DNA of 64,000 nucleotides. Source: an uncultured Bacilli bacterium (GTDB lineage Bacteria > Bacillota_I > Bacilli_A > RF39 > UBA660). Below are positions 51,504 to 61,538 of the stretch, one piece after another. The translations under genes were made by a program, and so were the position numbers. The stretch is from contig CALVRU010000002.1 in NCBI GenBank assembly GCA_944358775.1, positions 7,138 to 71,137 of the forward strand. Direction: 5' to 3'. The notes under the pieces were generated by a model that was not told where the DNA came from, ran no database searches, and saw only the letters and a program-made list of their open reading frames with translations. The first letter of the stretch is position 1, and every line of letters starts with the position of its first letter.

Positions 51504-51643
51504 ATCGAAGCAAAGAACGATTCTATGTAGTTCTCATCAAAAGTACGAAAGGAGCATAGAAATTCGTTCTTTCACTTGTCTTTTACTTGGTTAGACAATA
51601 AAGAGACCAAGGTGAGGGAGTTACTTTATTACCCTGATCAAAA

Positions 51644-52372
51644 ATGGAGGAGATTATGAAAAAAGAAAGCATGCCTTTCGAGATTCCATTACCAATGGAA
51701 AAGGAAACGAAAGAAGGCCTTAACACAGTTACTCAGTCTGCCAACAAAACTGAGGGGACAGGAGTAGAACCTGTAAAAAAAACACAAAAATTTTTCACTC
51801 AAGAAGAAGTGAATGCATTAATTCTTAAGGCTACTAAAAATATGCCGAGTAAAAATGAATTAAGAGAGTTTAAAGAGTGGAAAGAAAGTAAAAAAACAAA
51901 CGACGAACACCTTAAATTATTAAACGAAATAGAAAAATTCACGAATAATTTAATGTATGCCAATCATAAATCAGTAGTCGCGAATGCTGGTGTCGATCGA
52001 CGCTTTCAGAAGTTTGTTTTATCCGAAGTATCTAAATTAGAAGGTGATTTCGAAGAAAACCTTGAAAAGTATTTAAAAGAAAATTCTCAATTTTTAAATA
52101 CTGACAATCATAAGGACACGAAAAACACAGATACTTTTCAAAAAAGATTCAGTCAATCGATTAACGAAAGAACAGAATTAGAAGATAGGCTTCAATTTAC
52201 AAAAGATAGTATCAACACAAAACAAGTTATGAAAGATATTTATGATCAAGTAAATGTTTTGCTTGCAAATATGAGTTTCTATGTAGAAACCTTAAAAACG
52301 CTAGGATTAAGTTCACATGAAAAGTCTGATGCAATAAATTGTGGATTTGAAAATAAAGCAGAAAAATCTTAA
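51644..52372 (+). CDS. hypothetical phage-derived protein
   Basis: It is the first ORF of the co-directional structural block, after the tRNA. Confidence 0.45.
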   Translation: MEEIMKKESMPFEIPLPMEKETKEGLNTVTQSANKTEGTGVEPVKKTQKFFTQEEVNALILKATKNMPSKNELREFKEWKESKKTNDEHLKLLNEIEKFTNNLMYANHKSVVANAGVDRRFQKFVLSEVSKLEGDFEENLEKYLKENSQFLNTDNHKDTKNTDTFQKRFSQSINERTELEDRLQFTKDSINTKQVMKDIYDQVNVLLANMSFYVETLKTLGLSSHEKSDAINCGFENKAEKS

Positions 52373-52411
52373 CGAGAATGGCAAAGGAACTCAAGAGGAG
52401 ATTAGTAGATT

Positions 52412-52849
52412 ATGATTGAACAAATAAGAGCTTATATTGAAACTTGCCCATTTTTAAATGAACTTGCTGAGTTAAATCAGAATAACTCGATAGAACAAGA
52501 TAAAAACTATTCGATCAATGAATCAGCCGACTATAATCCAGTCATCTATTCTTTTCTAAATGGAGAGAAAGAAATGCAGTTTGCTTTTCATTTGGATACC
52601 TGTCTTTCTTGGACAGATCCGCTTCAAGAAAACACGAATACGTCTTTATTTTTTGAAAAATTTAGAAATTGGCTAGAAGAAAATGACGAACAAAATATTT
52701 ATCCAGAAGTGGATGATAATATTTTACCGTTATCTATTAGTACGACAACGAATGAGTATATGGTTGAACCAAATTCAACCGAAGCACTTTATCGAATTAA
52801 TGGCATATTTACTTATATAAAAACGAAGGGAGAAGAAAATAATGAGTAG
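52412..52849 (+). CDS. hypothetical phage-derived protein (possible tail terminator or completion protein)
   Basis: It sits immediately upstream of, and is translationally coupled to, the major tail protein gene. Confidence 0.4.
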   Translation: MIEQIRAYIETCPFLNELAELNQNNSIEQDKNYSINESADYNPVIYSFLNGEKEMQFAFHLDTCLSWTDPLQENTNTSLFFEKFRNWLEENDEQNIYPEVDDNILPLSISTTTNEYMVEPNSTEALYRINGIFTYIKTKGEENNE

Positions 52850-53351
52850 ATTTGTAAAAAGAACAGAAATTATGGCGTTCTTAAATACAGCGCCAACCGC
52901 AGATACAGAAACATGGGCTTTAGTGGGAAATGGAATGACGAGTGGTTCCTATACCTATGAAGCACAAGAAACAAGTGAAACCTATATTGTAAATGATAAT
53001 GCTACAACAACAGTAGACAGTTATGCACTTTCCGTTGATGGAGAGATGAAATGTATTTTTGGTGATGAAGTCTACGACTATATTAATGGTCTAAGATATC
53101 AGTTAGCAACGGGAACAGATGCCGAAACAACAGTATTATTAGTTGATAAATACGACGTTACAGAGGATCAATCATTTAAAGCCCAGAAGTTTGCTTGTTC
53201 CATTAGCATTAGCAGTTATGGTGGCGATGGTGGGGCAACTCCAACAATTGCATTTAAAATTAATGTAAATGGAGATCCAGTTAACGGAACAGTTACATTA
53301 ACTGCCGGAAAACCTGTCTTTACCGAAGAAACAACTACAATCGAAGGGTAA
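52842..53351 (+). CDS. phage major tail (tube) protein, siphovirus type
   Basis: It is 169 aa, Thr/Gly-rich and beta-rich, with a phi13/TP901-1-like size and composition. It is followed by the canonical pair of chaperone genes and a tape measure gene. Confidence 0.5.
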   Translation: MSRFVKRTEIMAFLNTAPTADTETWALVGNGMTSGSYTYEAQETSETYIVNDNATTTVDSYALSVDGEMKCIFGDEVYDYINGLRYQLATGTDAETTVLLVDKYDVTEDQSFKAQKFACSISISSYGGDGGATPTIAFKINVNGDPVNGTVTLTAGKPVFTEETTTIEG

Positions 53352-53387
53352 GAAATCATCTTACCCTTTATTTTTTTAGGAGGATAA

Positions 53388-53885
53388 ATGAACGATTATA
53401 TCAAGTTAAAACAAAGAAATACACTTCGTATTGGTATCAAAGATGAAAATGGAACTACCAAACTAGATCAAGATGGCCAAGAAGTATTTATCGAATTTGA
53501 TTTAGAAGATCTCGATGTAATAGATAATTATAGTAAAGCGATTGCCGGTTGTGAAAAAGCCAGTAACACGTTAAAGATGGATTTACTTGTGATCGATAAA
53601 AAACCAGATGTTGAAATCCAAGAAGGCTTGACCAAAAATCAAAAAGCAAAAATGGAAGCTTTGAAAAAGTACTATAAATCGATTGAAAAGGCAATGGATT
53701 TATTTTTAGGGGAAGGTGGATTCTCGAAAATCTTTGGCAAAAAAAGATATCTAACAATGCTCGATGATTTAGCAGAAATGTTGACACCGATTATGCCACT
53801 TTTCAAAGTTAATATCGATAACATTCACAAAAAAATTACTACCAAATACAAAATGACCGATGAAAATGTGTTGAAAGATGAATAA
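53388..53885 (+). CDS. tail assembly chaperone (gpG-like)
   Basis: Call by position: it is the first of two overlapping ORFs between the major tail protein gene and the tape measure gene. Confidence 0.35.
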   Translation: MNDYIKLKQRNTLRIGIKDENGTTKLDQDGQEVFIEFDLEDLDVIDNYSKAIAGCEKASNTLKMDLLVIDKKPDVEIQEGLTKNQKAKMEALKKYYKSIEKAMDLFLGEGGFSKIFGKKRYLTMLDDLAEMLTPIMPLFKVNIDNIHKKITTKYKMTDENVLKDE

Positions 53886-54441
53886 ATATCCTGAATTTAT
53901 CGAAGTAGGCAATAAAAGTTACAAAATAAATACGAGCTTTTGGGTTGCCTTAAAGTGCGATGAAATATTTCGAGATAATTCCATTTCTGACTATGAAAAA
54001 ACACTTGCCATCATTTACATTTTACTTGGCGAAGAAGCGATGAAAGATACCGACAACCATAAAAAAATAATCGATTTATTAACCAAGTATTTGCTCTGTG
54101 GAAAAAATCCAGAAGAAATGGAAGGAAATACCGACGAACCGAGTATGGATTTTAAACAAGACATGGGCAGAATAAAAACAAGTTTTATGTCGGATTATCA
54201 AATTGATTTAGACAAAACCGACATGCATTGGTGGAAATTTCACGATGCCCTAGAAGGTCTTACCGATGATAGTGTATTATCCAGAACAAGAATGATTCGT
54301 GAAGAACCATTAAGTAACAAAAAAGGAAAAGAACGTGAAAAATGGGAAAAAGCAAAAAAACAAGTGGCATTACGTCACGAAAAGACGTCCCAAGAAAAAG
54401 AACTAGATAAGTATTGGGAAGAACAAATGAAAAAGAGGTGA
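53878..54441 (+). CDS. tail assembly chaperone (Phage_Gp15-like / gpT-like)
   Basis: It overlaps the previous ORF by 8 nt in the +1 frame. IDLDKTDMHWWKFHDALEGL resembles the Gp15 family. Confidence 0.45.
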   Translation: MNKYPEFIEVGNKSYKINTSFWVALKCDEIFRDNSISDYEKTLAIIYILLGEEAMKDTDNHKKIIDLLTKYLLCGKNPEEMEGNTDEPSMDFKQDMGRIKTSFMSDYQIDLDKTDMHWWKFHDALEGLTDDSVLSRTRMIREEPLSNKKGKEREKWEKAKKQVALRHEKTSQEKELDKYWEEQMKKR

Positions 54442-54553
54442 GTAAACGGATGGTTATTTAAATATAAAAACACAGATTGATAATACAGATTTCAAGAAAT
54501 CATTACAACAAACAAAAAAAGAACTTCAAAAGTTCAAACAAGAGATAGAAAGT

Positions 54554-55900
54554 TTGAAAGAAGAAGAATTAACCATAGAAACAGATGGAATAGATAAGGC
54601 TCTTGAGGGAATCAAGACAAAGATAAATGGAATAACAAAATCAATTACCGACAGCTTATCCGGAATCGATTTAACTAAATTTTTAAGTGGATCGGGAGAG
54701 TCTTCTGAACAGATCACTATATTAGGACAAATTATCATAGCGATCAATTCAATAACAAATTTAATGAATAGTTTTGCCCAAAGTGGTATGACATTAGGTG
54801 AAGTAGCCGGATTATTAGGAATCGTTTTAGGTGAAGTAGCAGCAGCCTTCCTTATATTATTTGGTGTTATGACTATTTTACAACCCAGTTGGGAAAGCAT
54901 AGCTCTAGCTACTACTATATTTGAAGGTTTGGTTTCGGTCTTAAGTTCGGTATGCCTCTTAATCGAGACCTTTTCCACAAGTGGATTAACACTAAATCAA
55001 GTAATTGGTCTTATGGCCACAGTCTTATTAACAATTGTTGGCTTAATGATCGCGATTACTACCTTAGGTCCGTCGATGACAGAAGGCTTAATTCCATTTA
55101 GCATCCTGGTAGATAAAATATCAACTATTTTGAATGTTATGGCACAGACGATTCCAATTATTTTAGAGGCGGTCGGAAGCTTTATAACGACGATTGCTCC
55201 ATCGATTTGTACTGTTTTAGAAATCATTGGGAACCTAATTGAAAAAATAATTTATGCACTTGGAACAGTCTTACCACCCATTATTAATTCCATCGGTAAT
55301 CTATTTACTAGTATTTTTAATGGCATTAGTACTGTTATCACTAGTGTAGGAAATGCCCTTGTTAAAATATTAGAAGCAATTGGCAACTTGGTTGATCAAG
55401 TATTAACGTCACTTTTAAATTTTATTAACAATTTAGGACCAGCAATTGAAAACTTCGTAGATAGTGCAATTTCAGCAGTCACGAAATTGATTAATTTTAT
55501 GATCAGTGGTATTGAATATCTAGTTAATATTTTAGTTGTGGATGGTGTAAATGCGATCATCAGAGGAATTAATAGTATCGGTAAATATGTCGGCTTTACG
55601 ATTCCAACGTTAGAAAAATTTCGAATTGAAAGATTTAAACCGACTTATATGGCAACCGGTGGTATCATCGATGTTCCAAGACGGGGAGTTCCATTAGTTG
55701 CAAATGTTATCGGTGGCGAAGCTGGTGCCGAAGGAGTATTACCATTAACAAACGCCGCTACTATGCAACGGCTAGGTCAAGAAATCGCCAAATGGATCGT
55801 CCTTAATATTCAACTCAATAATTATATTGATGGACGCTTATTATGTAAAAATATCAAAAAAATTATGAACGGTCAGGAATTTTCTAGAAATGGAGGTTAA
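54554..55900 (+). CDS. tail tape measure protein (short)
   Basis: It has an N-terminal coiled coil, multiple hydrophobic helical segments and repeated (I/L)xxxGNL(I/V) motifs. It is placed after the chaperones. The ORF is open from 54446 with no ATG, so the annotated start is a TTG. Confidence 0.5.
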   Translation: MKEEELTIETDGIDKALEGIKTKINGITKSITDSLSGIDLTKFLSGSGESSEQITILGQIIIAINSITNLMNSFAQSGMTLGEVAGLLGIVLGEVAAAFLILFGVMTILQPSWESIALATTIFEGLVSVLSSVCLLIETFSTSGLTLNQVIGLMATVLLTIVGLMIAITTLGPSMTEGLIPFSILVDKISTILNVMAQTIPIILEAVGSFITTIAPSICTVLEIIGNLIEKIIYALGTVLPPIINSIGNLFTSIFNGISTVITSVGNALVKILEAIGNLVDQVLTSLLNFINNLGPAIENFVDSAISAVTKLINFMISGIEYLVNILVVDGVNAIIRGINSIGKYVGFTIPTLEKFRIERFKPTYMATGGIIDVPRRGVPLVANVIGGEAGAEGVLPLTNAATMQRLGQEIAKWIVLNIQLNNYIDGRLLCKNIKKIMNGQEFSRNGG

Positions 55901-55902
55901 AT

Positions 55903-56265
55903 ATGGAAGTAAAAATTAATGAATTACCGAAAATATTATCAAATCCCAAACATTCGATTGAAGGAGTTTGGGCAAGCGATGCGGGTCGAAACAGCAATAG
56001 TGGTAAATATAGTGGTACTTTTATTGGCTGGTTCGATCAGCTAGAGATATCCGTCGGTGAAACAACCCAAGAGGAATTAACGATTATTCGAAATGCGATA
56101 GAGCATCCTATTATAGAAAATGTAACCTTTATCGATACGAAAACAGGAACTAGTAAAACGGAAGATTTCTACGGTACAACGATTACAGGAGAAAGGCTGA
56201 ACTCCAAAAAGTACAAGCCTTTTTCTTTTAGTTTACAAGCGATCGAAAGAAGAAGTGATATGTAA
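55903..56265 (+). CDS. small tail component (possible minimal distal-tail or tube-initiator protein)
   Basis: Call by position: it lies between the tape measure gene and the large tail-tip protein gene, and is only 120 aa. Confidence 0.3.
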   Translation: MEVKINELPKILSNPKHSIEGVWASDAGRNSNSGKYSGTFIGWFDQLEISVGETTQEELTIIRNAIEHPIIENVTFIDTKTGTSKTEDFYGTTITGERLNSKKYKPFSFSLQAIERRSDM

Positions 56266-56282
56266 CGACTTATTATGAGATC

Positions 56283-58334
56283 ATGCAAAAAGCGGGACGG
56301 CGAATCGATCCCAAACTTTATTATTACGATAACGATAATAAAATAGAAATTACTCATGATGATATCGATAGTATAAAACTTTATTTTAATGCAGTCTTAT
56401 CCGGATCAACCATGTTGGGACTTACGGTCACATCCAAGGTTAAACTTCCGAATAAAGCAATCTATTTTCAAAATACAGTAAGTTTCAATGACACAACTGC
56501 TACAAACACGTATGGACCATTTTACTTAAAAGAAGAACCTGAATTAAACGCGGATAGTAAAACCTATGAATATATCATGTATGATAGCTTTTTAAATGCA
56601 ATGACCGATTATCAACCAATTATGATCAATTATCCATGTACTGTTCTTGAATTCTTAAAACAACTATGTACGGAATGCGGTTATACCACGAACATAACCA
56701 GTTTACCGAATGGATCCAGAATCATAAAGAAAGACATTTATGCCGATATAAATTTTACGTATCGAGATGTCTTTGATGATATTGGACAAGCAACTGCAAC
56801 TTTATTTCGATGCAATAATAATCAGGTTGAAAAATGTTCCTTGGGTACTTCGACTATAACGGTGGATGACGATCTATTAAAAAATCAAAATATTTCGTTA
56901 GGCGAACATTTTGGTCCCATCAATTCGGTTGTATTATCAAGATCTTCCGAATCGGATAACATTTATAAACGAGATGAAACATTAACCAGTTGGAATGAAT
57001 ATAAAATTGTCGATAATCAGTTGATGAATGATAACGATCGAAGTGATTATCTAGACGAGTTATATGATGCATTATATGGGATTGAATACGATATATTCGA
57101 TCTAGAACTAGTTGGATATGGTGGCTTTAACCCTTTGGATAAGATTGAAATAGTTACGAACAATACTTCTTACCATTCTTATGTTTTGAATAATGAGATA
57201 GAATTCAGTCAAGGTGTAGCTGAGTGTATTTATACGGAAATGCCAGAAGAAAGTACGACAGATTATAAAGCAGCCAGTACAACAGATAAAAAAATAAATC
57301 AAACATGGATTATTGCCAATAAAAACACCCAACAAATCGAACAAGTAATTCAGACACAAACTTCTCAATCTGAAATGATCAATAGTATTCAAGATGGACT
57401 AGATGATTTAGTGGATCAAATCGATTCGAACATCATCTATTATAAAGGAGATTATATTCCGACTTTGGCAAATGAACCGGCTTCGACATGGACCACGGAT
57501 CAGTTAAAAGAAGATCATTTAGGAGACTTATTCTATAACACGGAAACCGGTAGTGCATATCGTTTTATCAAGGATGGAGTCATTTACACATGGCAAGAAG
57601 AGCCAGATTTATCAGAAGCTTTAGAGATGGCGGAAGATGCTATTAATAAGGCGACAAATGCCGAAACTATAGCAAATTCGAAAAGACGAGTATTCGTGAC
57701 AGAACCAACTGTACCATATGATATTGGCGATCTATGGACCGATGGAGAAGATCTATTTGTATGTAAAACGGCCAAAACAATCGAGGCATCATTCTCTATA
57801 GAAGATTGGGAAAATACCACAAATTATGCAGAACAAATCAATACGACTAATGTCAAGTTGAATGAAACGATTTCTAATTTAGATGGGACAACTTCCACAG
57901 TTGCGAATTTGCAAACCACGTTAACCAACGAATATCTAAATGCAGAACAAATTGAATCGATTACGAACGGACAAGCCCAAGATATTGAGGCACTCTCTGG
58001 AAAAATAACGCAAGTTGAAACACAAGCGGGTTCGATTGATTTAAGAGTTACAGAAATCGAAAACAACGGGGTATCAAAAGTTAGCACCGTAACTGGTACA
58101 TTTGATTTAAATGGATTAAAAATTTCGAAACTTGGTGAAGCTATGAGTTCTGTTTTAGACTGGGATGGATTAGTTGTAAAACGAGATCAAGAGGAAGTGT
58201 TAACCGTTCGATCTGCTGGTGTAGAATCAGAAAATCTAAAAGTTCGTAAATGGTTGACATTGGAACCGGCTAGAGTGGAACAAATTCATGCTGTAAGTGA
58301 TTCAAGCGAAAACGGAGTTGGATTTTTTGTTTAA
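56283..58334 (+). CDS. tail tip / tail-associated protein (Tal-like)
   Basis: It is 683 aa with a coiled-coil C-terminal part and lies between the tape measure region and the fibre genes. Confidence 0.4.
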   Translation: MQKAGRRIDPKLYYYDNDNKIEITHDDIDSIKLYFNAVLSGSTMLGLTVTSKVKLPNKAIYFQNTVSFNDTTATNTYGPFYLKEEPELNADSKTYEYIMYDSFLNAMTDYQPIMINYPCTVLEFLKQLCTECGYTTNITSLPNGSRIIKKDIYADINFTYRDVFDDIGQATATLFRCNNNQVEKCSLGTSTITVDDDLLKNQNISLGEHFGPINSVVLSRSSESDNIYKRDETLTSWNEYKIVDNQLMNDNDRSDYLDELYDALYGIEYDIFDLELVGYGGFNPLDKIEIVTNNTSYHSYVLNNEIEFSQGVAECIYTEMPEESTTDYKAASTTDKKINQTWIIANKNTQQIEQVIQTQTSQSEMINSIQDGLDDLVDQIDSNIIYYKGDYIPTLANEPASTWTTDQLKEDHLGDLFYNTETGSAYRFIKDGVIYTWQEEPDLSEALEMAEDAINKATNAETIANSKRRVFVTEPTVPYDIGDLWTDGEDLFVCKTAKTIEASFSIEDWENTTNYAEQINTTNVKLNETISNLDGTTSTVANLQTTLTNEYLNAEQIESITNGQAQDIEALSGKITQVETQAGSIDLRVTEIENNGVSKVSTVTGTFDLNGLKISKLGEAMSSVLDWDGLVVKRDQEEVLTVRSAGVESENLKVRKWLTLEPARVEQIHAVSDSSENGVGFFV

Positions 58335-58348
58335 AAAAGGAGGAAAAT

Positions 58349-59719
58349 ATGGCAACATTTTTAAATAGTTCAAATTTTAGCGGTCGTAATGGAACCCATT
58401 TTCATTTGAATTTTTATTATGATATTATCAATACTAGCATAGAAAATAACAATCATACCGTACGATATTATCTATATTTTCAAGCAGATCCGGGATATTA
58501 TGGATCTGGATCGACAGTTACGGGCTATATCAATGAAAATGTAGTTGGAACAACAAATTCGCTTGGTACAGGTGAAACCAAATTACTTGGTACGTTAGAT
58601 GTGGTAGTTCCTCATGATGATCTTGGGAATGCAACAGCATCTTATAGTGCATCGATTAATACCCCGTGGACGTTAGGAAATGCCTCGGTCAGTGGATCAT
58701 TTCCACTTCCCAATATTGCTCGAGCAAGTAAGCCAACCGCAACAAGTGGAAATATTGAAGATGCTATTATTATTTATACTAACAGAAAATCCCCAATATT
58801 CACTCATACTTTAAAATACGTATTTGGGTCTTTAATGGGAACTATCGAAAATGGAGTAACTGATTCATATCCATGGGAACTTCCAGATTCATTCTATACG
58901 CAAATTCCAAACGCTAGTTATGGAATAGGAACGATCACTTGTGAGACATATAATGACTCACAGTTGGTTGGTACAAATACATGTCAATTTACCGCATACA
59001 CTAGCGAGTCAAAATGTAAGCCGAACGTATCAATTACTGTTGCTGATACGAGTTCTCTAGCAACTTCTTTAACTGGAAACGATCAGAAACTAATTAAATT
59101 TGTAAGCAATCCTAAAGTGACTGTAACTACGTCAGCGAAAAATAGTGCAACGATTCAAAGTACTTTAGTATCGTGTGGAGATGGTAAATCTGGTAGTGGT
59201 TCTGAAATTACATTCAACGGTTCTGAAAGTGGTTATTTTAAAGGGACTACAACAGACAGTCGTGGTTTCAGTAATTCGGATGAAAAAACGTTGGAAATGG
59301 TTGATTATATTAAACTAACATGTAATGCCGATGTATCACGAGAAAGTAATACGAGTAATACTATTAAAGCAAAAATTACAGGAAATTATTTTGCGGGTAA
59401 TTTTGGTGCATCTATTAACACATTAAATTTGAAATTCCGATATAAAGAATCAACATCATCCGAGTGGCCAGAAACGTATAATAATATTTCGACTACAATC
59501 GATAGTAGTAATAACACTTATTCTGCCGATGCCACATTGGGCACAAATTTTGATTACCAAAAGCAATATGATTTTCAGTTTTTAGCAACAGATAAGGTTG
59601 TATCCACTGTGAGTGAGTGTAGTGTAAAACAAGGAATTCCGACATTCGCAATATTTAAAAAATTTATAGAACTTTGGGGTTTTAAAGCTTTTGAAGTTAT
59701 TGAAGAAGAGGAGGAATAA
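58349..59719 (+). CDS. putative tail fibre / receptor-binding protein
   Basis: It is 456 aa, Ser/Thr/Asn-rich and beta-rich, in the position expected for a receptor-binding protein. Confidence 0.35.
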   Translation: MATFLNSSNFSGRNGTHFHLNFYYDIINTSIENNNHTVRYYLYFQADPGYYGSGSTVTGYINENVVGTTNSLGTGETKLLGTLDVVVPHDDLGNATASYSASINTPWTLGNASVSGSFPLPNIARASKPTATSGNIEDAIIIYTNRKSPIFTHTLKYVFGSLMGTIENGVTDSYPWELPDSFYTQIPNASYGIGTITCETYNDSQLVGTNTCQFTAYTSESKCKPNVSITVADTSSLATSLTGNDQKLIKFVSNPKVTVTTSAKNSATIQSTLVSCGDGKSGSGSEITFNGSESGYFKGTTTDSRGFSNSDEKTLEMVDYIKLTCNADVSRESNTSNTIKAKITGNYFAGNFGASINTLNLKFRYKESTSSEWPETYNNISTTIDSSNNTYSADATLGTNFDYQKQYDFQFLATDKVVSTVSECSVKQGIPTFAIFKKFIELWGFKAFEVIEEEEE

Positions 59720-59842
59720 AATGTTTATTCAAAATAAAGATTGGGAGGGAGGTACAATTGATTAAATTGTATTGCTCACTCTTTTTAAGGAAAGGAGAAA
59801 AAGATATTTAAATGTCTAACTTTCTTTTATTGGAGTGTAATT

Positions 59843-60262
59843 ATGAGTAGAGTAGTTATGGAGTGTGATTTAATACATCCGGTTGGAGAAGTGATTTTCA
59901 ATGCTTTGTCTACATTTGACCCGAATGAGCAATGGCCAGGAACAACTTGGATACGCTTAAAAGCATGTGGTTTATTTGGAGTAGATGAGAATGATTCGAA
60001 ATATTCAAATCCAGGCACTTATATCGGAGAAAATGAACATATTTTAACAGAACAAGAGTTGGCAGGACATGTTCATTTTGGATTAACTTGTGATTTAGAT
60101 ATACGGCTGCATAATAATGGCAGCGCATCAGGATACACTTTACCATTTAACCATAATGGAGGATATGAAACGCCGATAAGAACAAACCCAGCAGGAGGCA
60201 ATCAACCACACAATAATGTACAGCGTTCTTATTTAGGGTATTATTGGCTTCGTACCGCTTAA
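59843..60262 (+). CDS. phage tail collar-domain protein (MdpB-like), paralog 1
   Basis: The C-terminal GGNQPHNNVQRSYLGYYWLRTA matches the Collar-domain terminus GG(S/N)Q(A/P)HNN.QP.L. The N-terminal part fits a collar fold (PVGEVIF...WPGTTWIRL). Confidence 0.6.
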   Translation: MSRVVMECDLIHPVGEVIFNALSTFDPNEQWPGTTWIRLKACGLFGVDENDSKYSNPGTYIGENEHILTEQELAGHVHFGLTCDLDIRLHNNGSASGYTLPFNHNGGYETPIRTNPAGGNQPHNNVQRSYLGYYWLRTA

Positions 60263-60295
60263 CTCATAATAATATAATTTTGCAATTGAAATTTT

Positions 60296-60754
60296 ATGAC
60301 AAGATTGAATTTGGGAAAAGAACTAGTTGATTTAATTTATCCAGTAGGAAGTACTGTATTTAATAAAAATGCAGATTTTGATCCAAATGAATTGTGGATT
60401 GGAACAGTCTGGGAGAATCTTGGATGCTGTGTTCTTATGGGATGTGATCCGAACGATTCAAAATTTAATCATTCTGGAACGTACGTGGGAGAAAATGAAC
60501 ATATTTTAGCAGAGCAAGAGTTACCATACATTAGTGGATATTTCAGTTTTCATGGTGCCGGAAGTGCAACTGTAGGACAAGGATATTCTGGATATGTTAA
60601 ACCGGGACTCCAAAGAAGTAATTACCGTTCAGGAGGAGAAGATCTTGCCGGCGCTGTTTCATATGATAGTTTTACATTTAGTTTTGGTGGCAATCAACCG
60701 CATAATAATGTTCAACGATCATATCTAGGATACTGGTGGATTAGGACGAATTAA
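60296..60754 (+). CDS. phage tail collar-domain protein (MdpB-like), paralog 2
   Basis: It shares the blocks YPVGS.VFN...FDPNE.W.GT.W, GTY.GENEHIL.EQEL and the terminal GGNQPHNNVQRSYLGYWWIRTN with paralog 1. The middle is divergent. Confidence 0.6.
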   Translation: MTRLNLGKELVDLIYPVGSTVFNKNADFDPNELWIGTVWENLGCCVLMGCDPNDSKFNHSGTYVGENEHILAEQELPYISGYFSFHGAGSATVGQGYSGYVKPGLQRSNYRSGGEDLAGAVSYDSFTFSFGGNQPHNNVQRSYLGYWWIRTN

Positions 60755-60899
60755 AAAGGAAAATTTGTGAGGTTAAGTATTTTTTATGAATTAAAATTAA
60801 ATAATCAAATGGTAATTTATAATTCTGAAGCAAACAAGCCGAGAACATTAGAATAGATATTAATTGAATTAAAAAGAAGTAAAACAACAGATAAGTGAT

Positions 60900-61172
60900 T
60901 TGAAAAATAATATGTTATACATTACAGGATTATATTCCAATAATTTAGATGAGGCACAAAAAGATGGATGTTATTACTTCGATAAAAATAGTAAAAATAA
61001 ACCCAATACAGATTACGGAACTGTTTTTACGATGGTTTCGAATGGAATCGAAGGTAATAATATTGACAAATGGGTTAACCACCTCGCATTTGGGACCAAT
61101 TATGTAATTTGTTATCGCCAAAAAGTAAACCAAAATGTATGGTCTAATTGGATTCAAATTCAATCTAAATAG
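60900..61172 (+). CDS. hypothetical protein (phage-derived)
   Basis: A 90-aa ORF in the tail-fibre-to-lysis interval. Confidence 0.35.
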   Translation: MKNNMLYITGLYSNNLDEAQKDGCYYFDKNSKNKPNTDYGTVFTMVSNGIEGNNIDKWVNHLAFGTNYVICYRQKVNQNVWSNWIQIQSK

Positions 61173-61189
61173 CTAGGAGGAAATAAAAG

Positions 61190-61537
61190 GTGAAAGAAAT
61201 ATTCAGAAAAGTATTATTAAAAATTCCGAAAATGATTCGAAGTTTTCTAATCGAAGATTTGGTAAAAGAACATAAGGTTTTTCACAGTGAAATAGATAAT
61301 ATTAATGCAAAAATCGATGATAACGAGAAAGACAGATTACGATATGAGATATTATCATTTGCATCATCGTTAAGGAGTGGAGAAAAACATACGACGCAAG
61401 AGTTTGATACGATATTTATGTTTCATTCGAAATATCAAACAATAATTAAGAGATTAAATGTATCCAACGGGTATTTAGATGAAGAGTTTGATTATATTAT
61501 TCAAGAATTTCAAAAGAGAAAAAAGGAGATATTTTAA
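61190..61537 (+). CDS. hypothetical protein (phage-derived)
   Basis: A 115-aa ORF with RBS AGGAGG, lying upstream of the holin gene. Confidence 0.35.
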   Translation: MKEIFRKVLLKIPKMIRSFLIEDLVKEHKVFHSEIDNINAKIDDNEKDRLRYEILSFASSLRSGEKHTTQEFDTIFMFHSKYQTIIKRLNVSNGYLDEEFDYIIQEFQKRKKEIF

Positions 61538-61538
61538 T

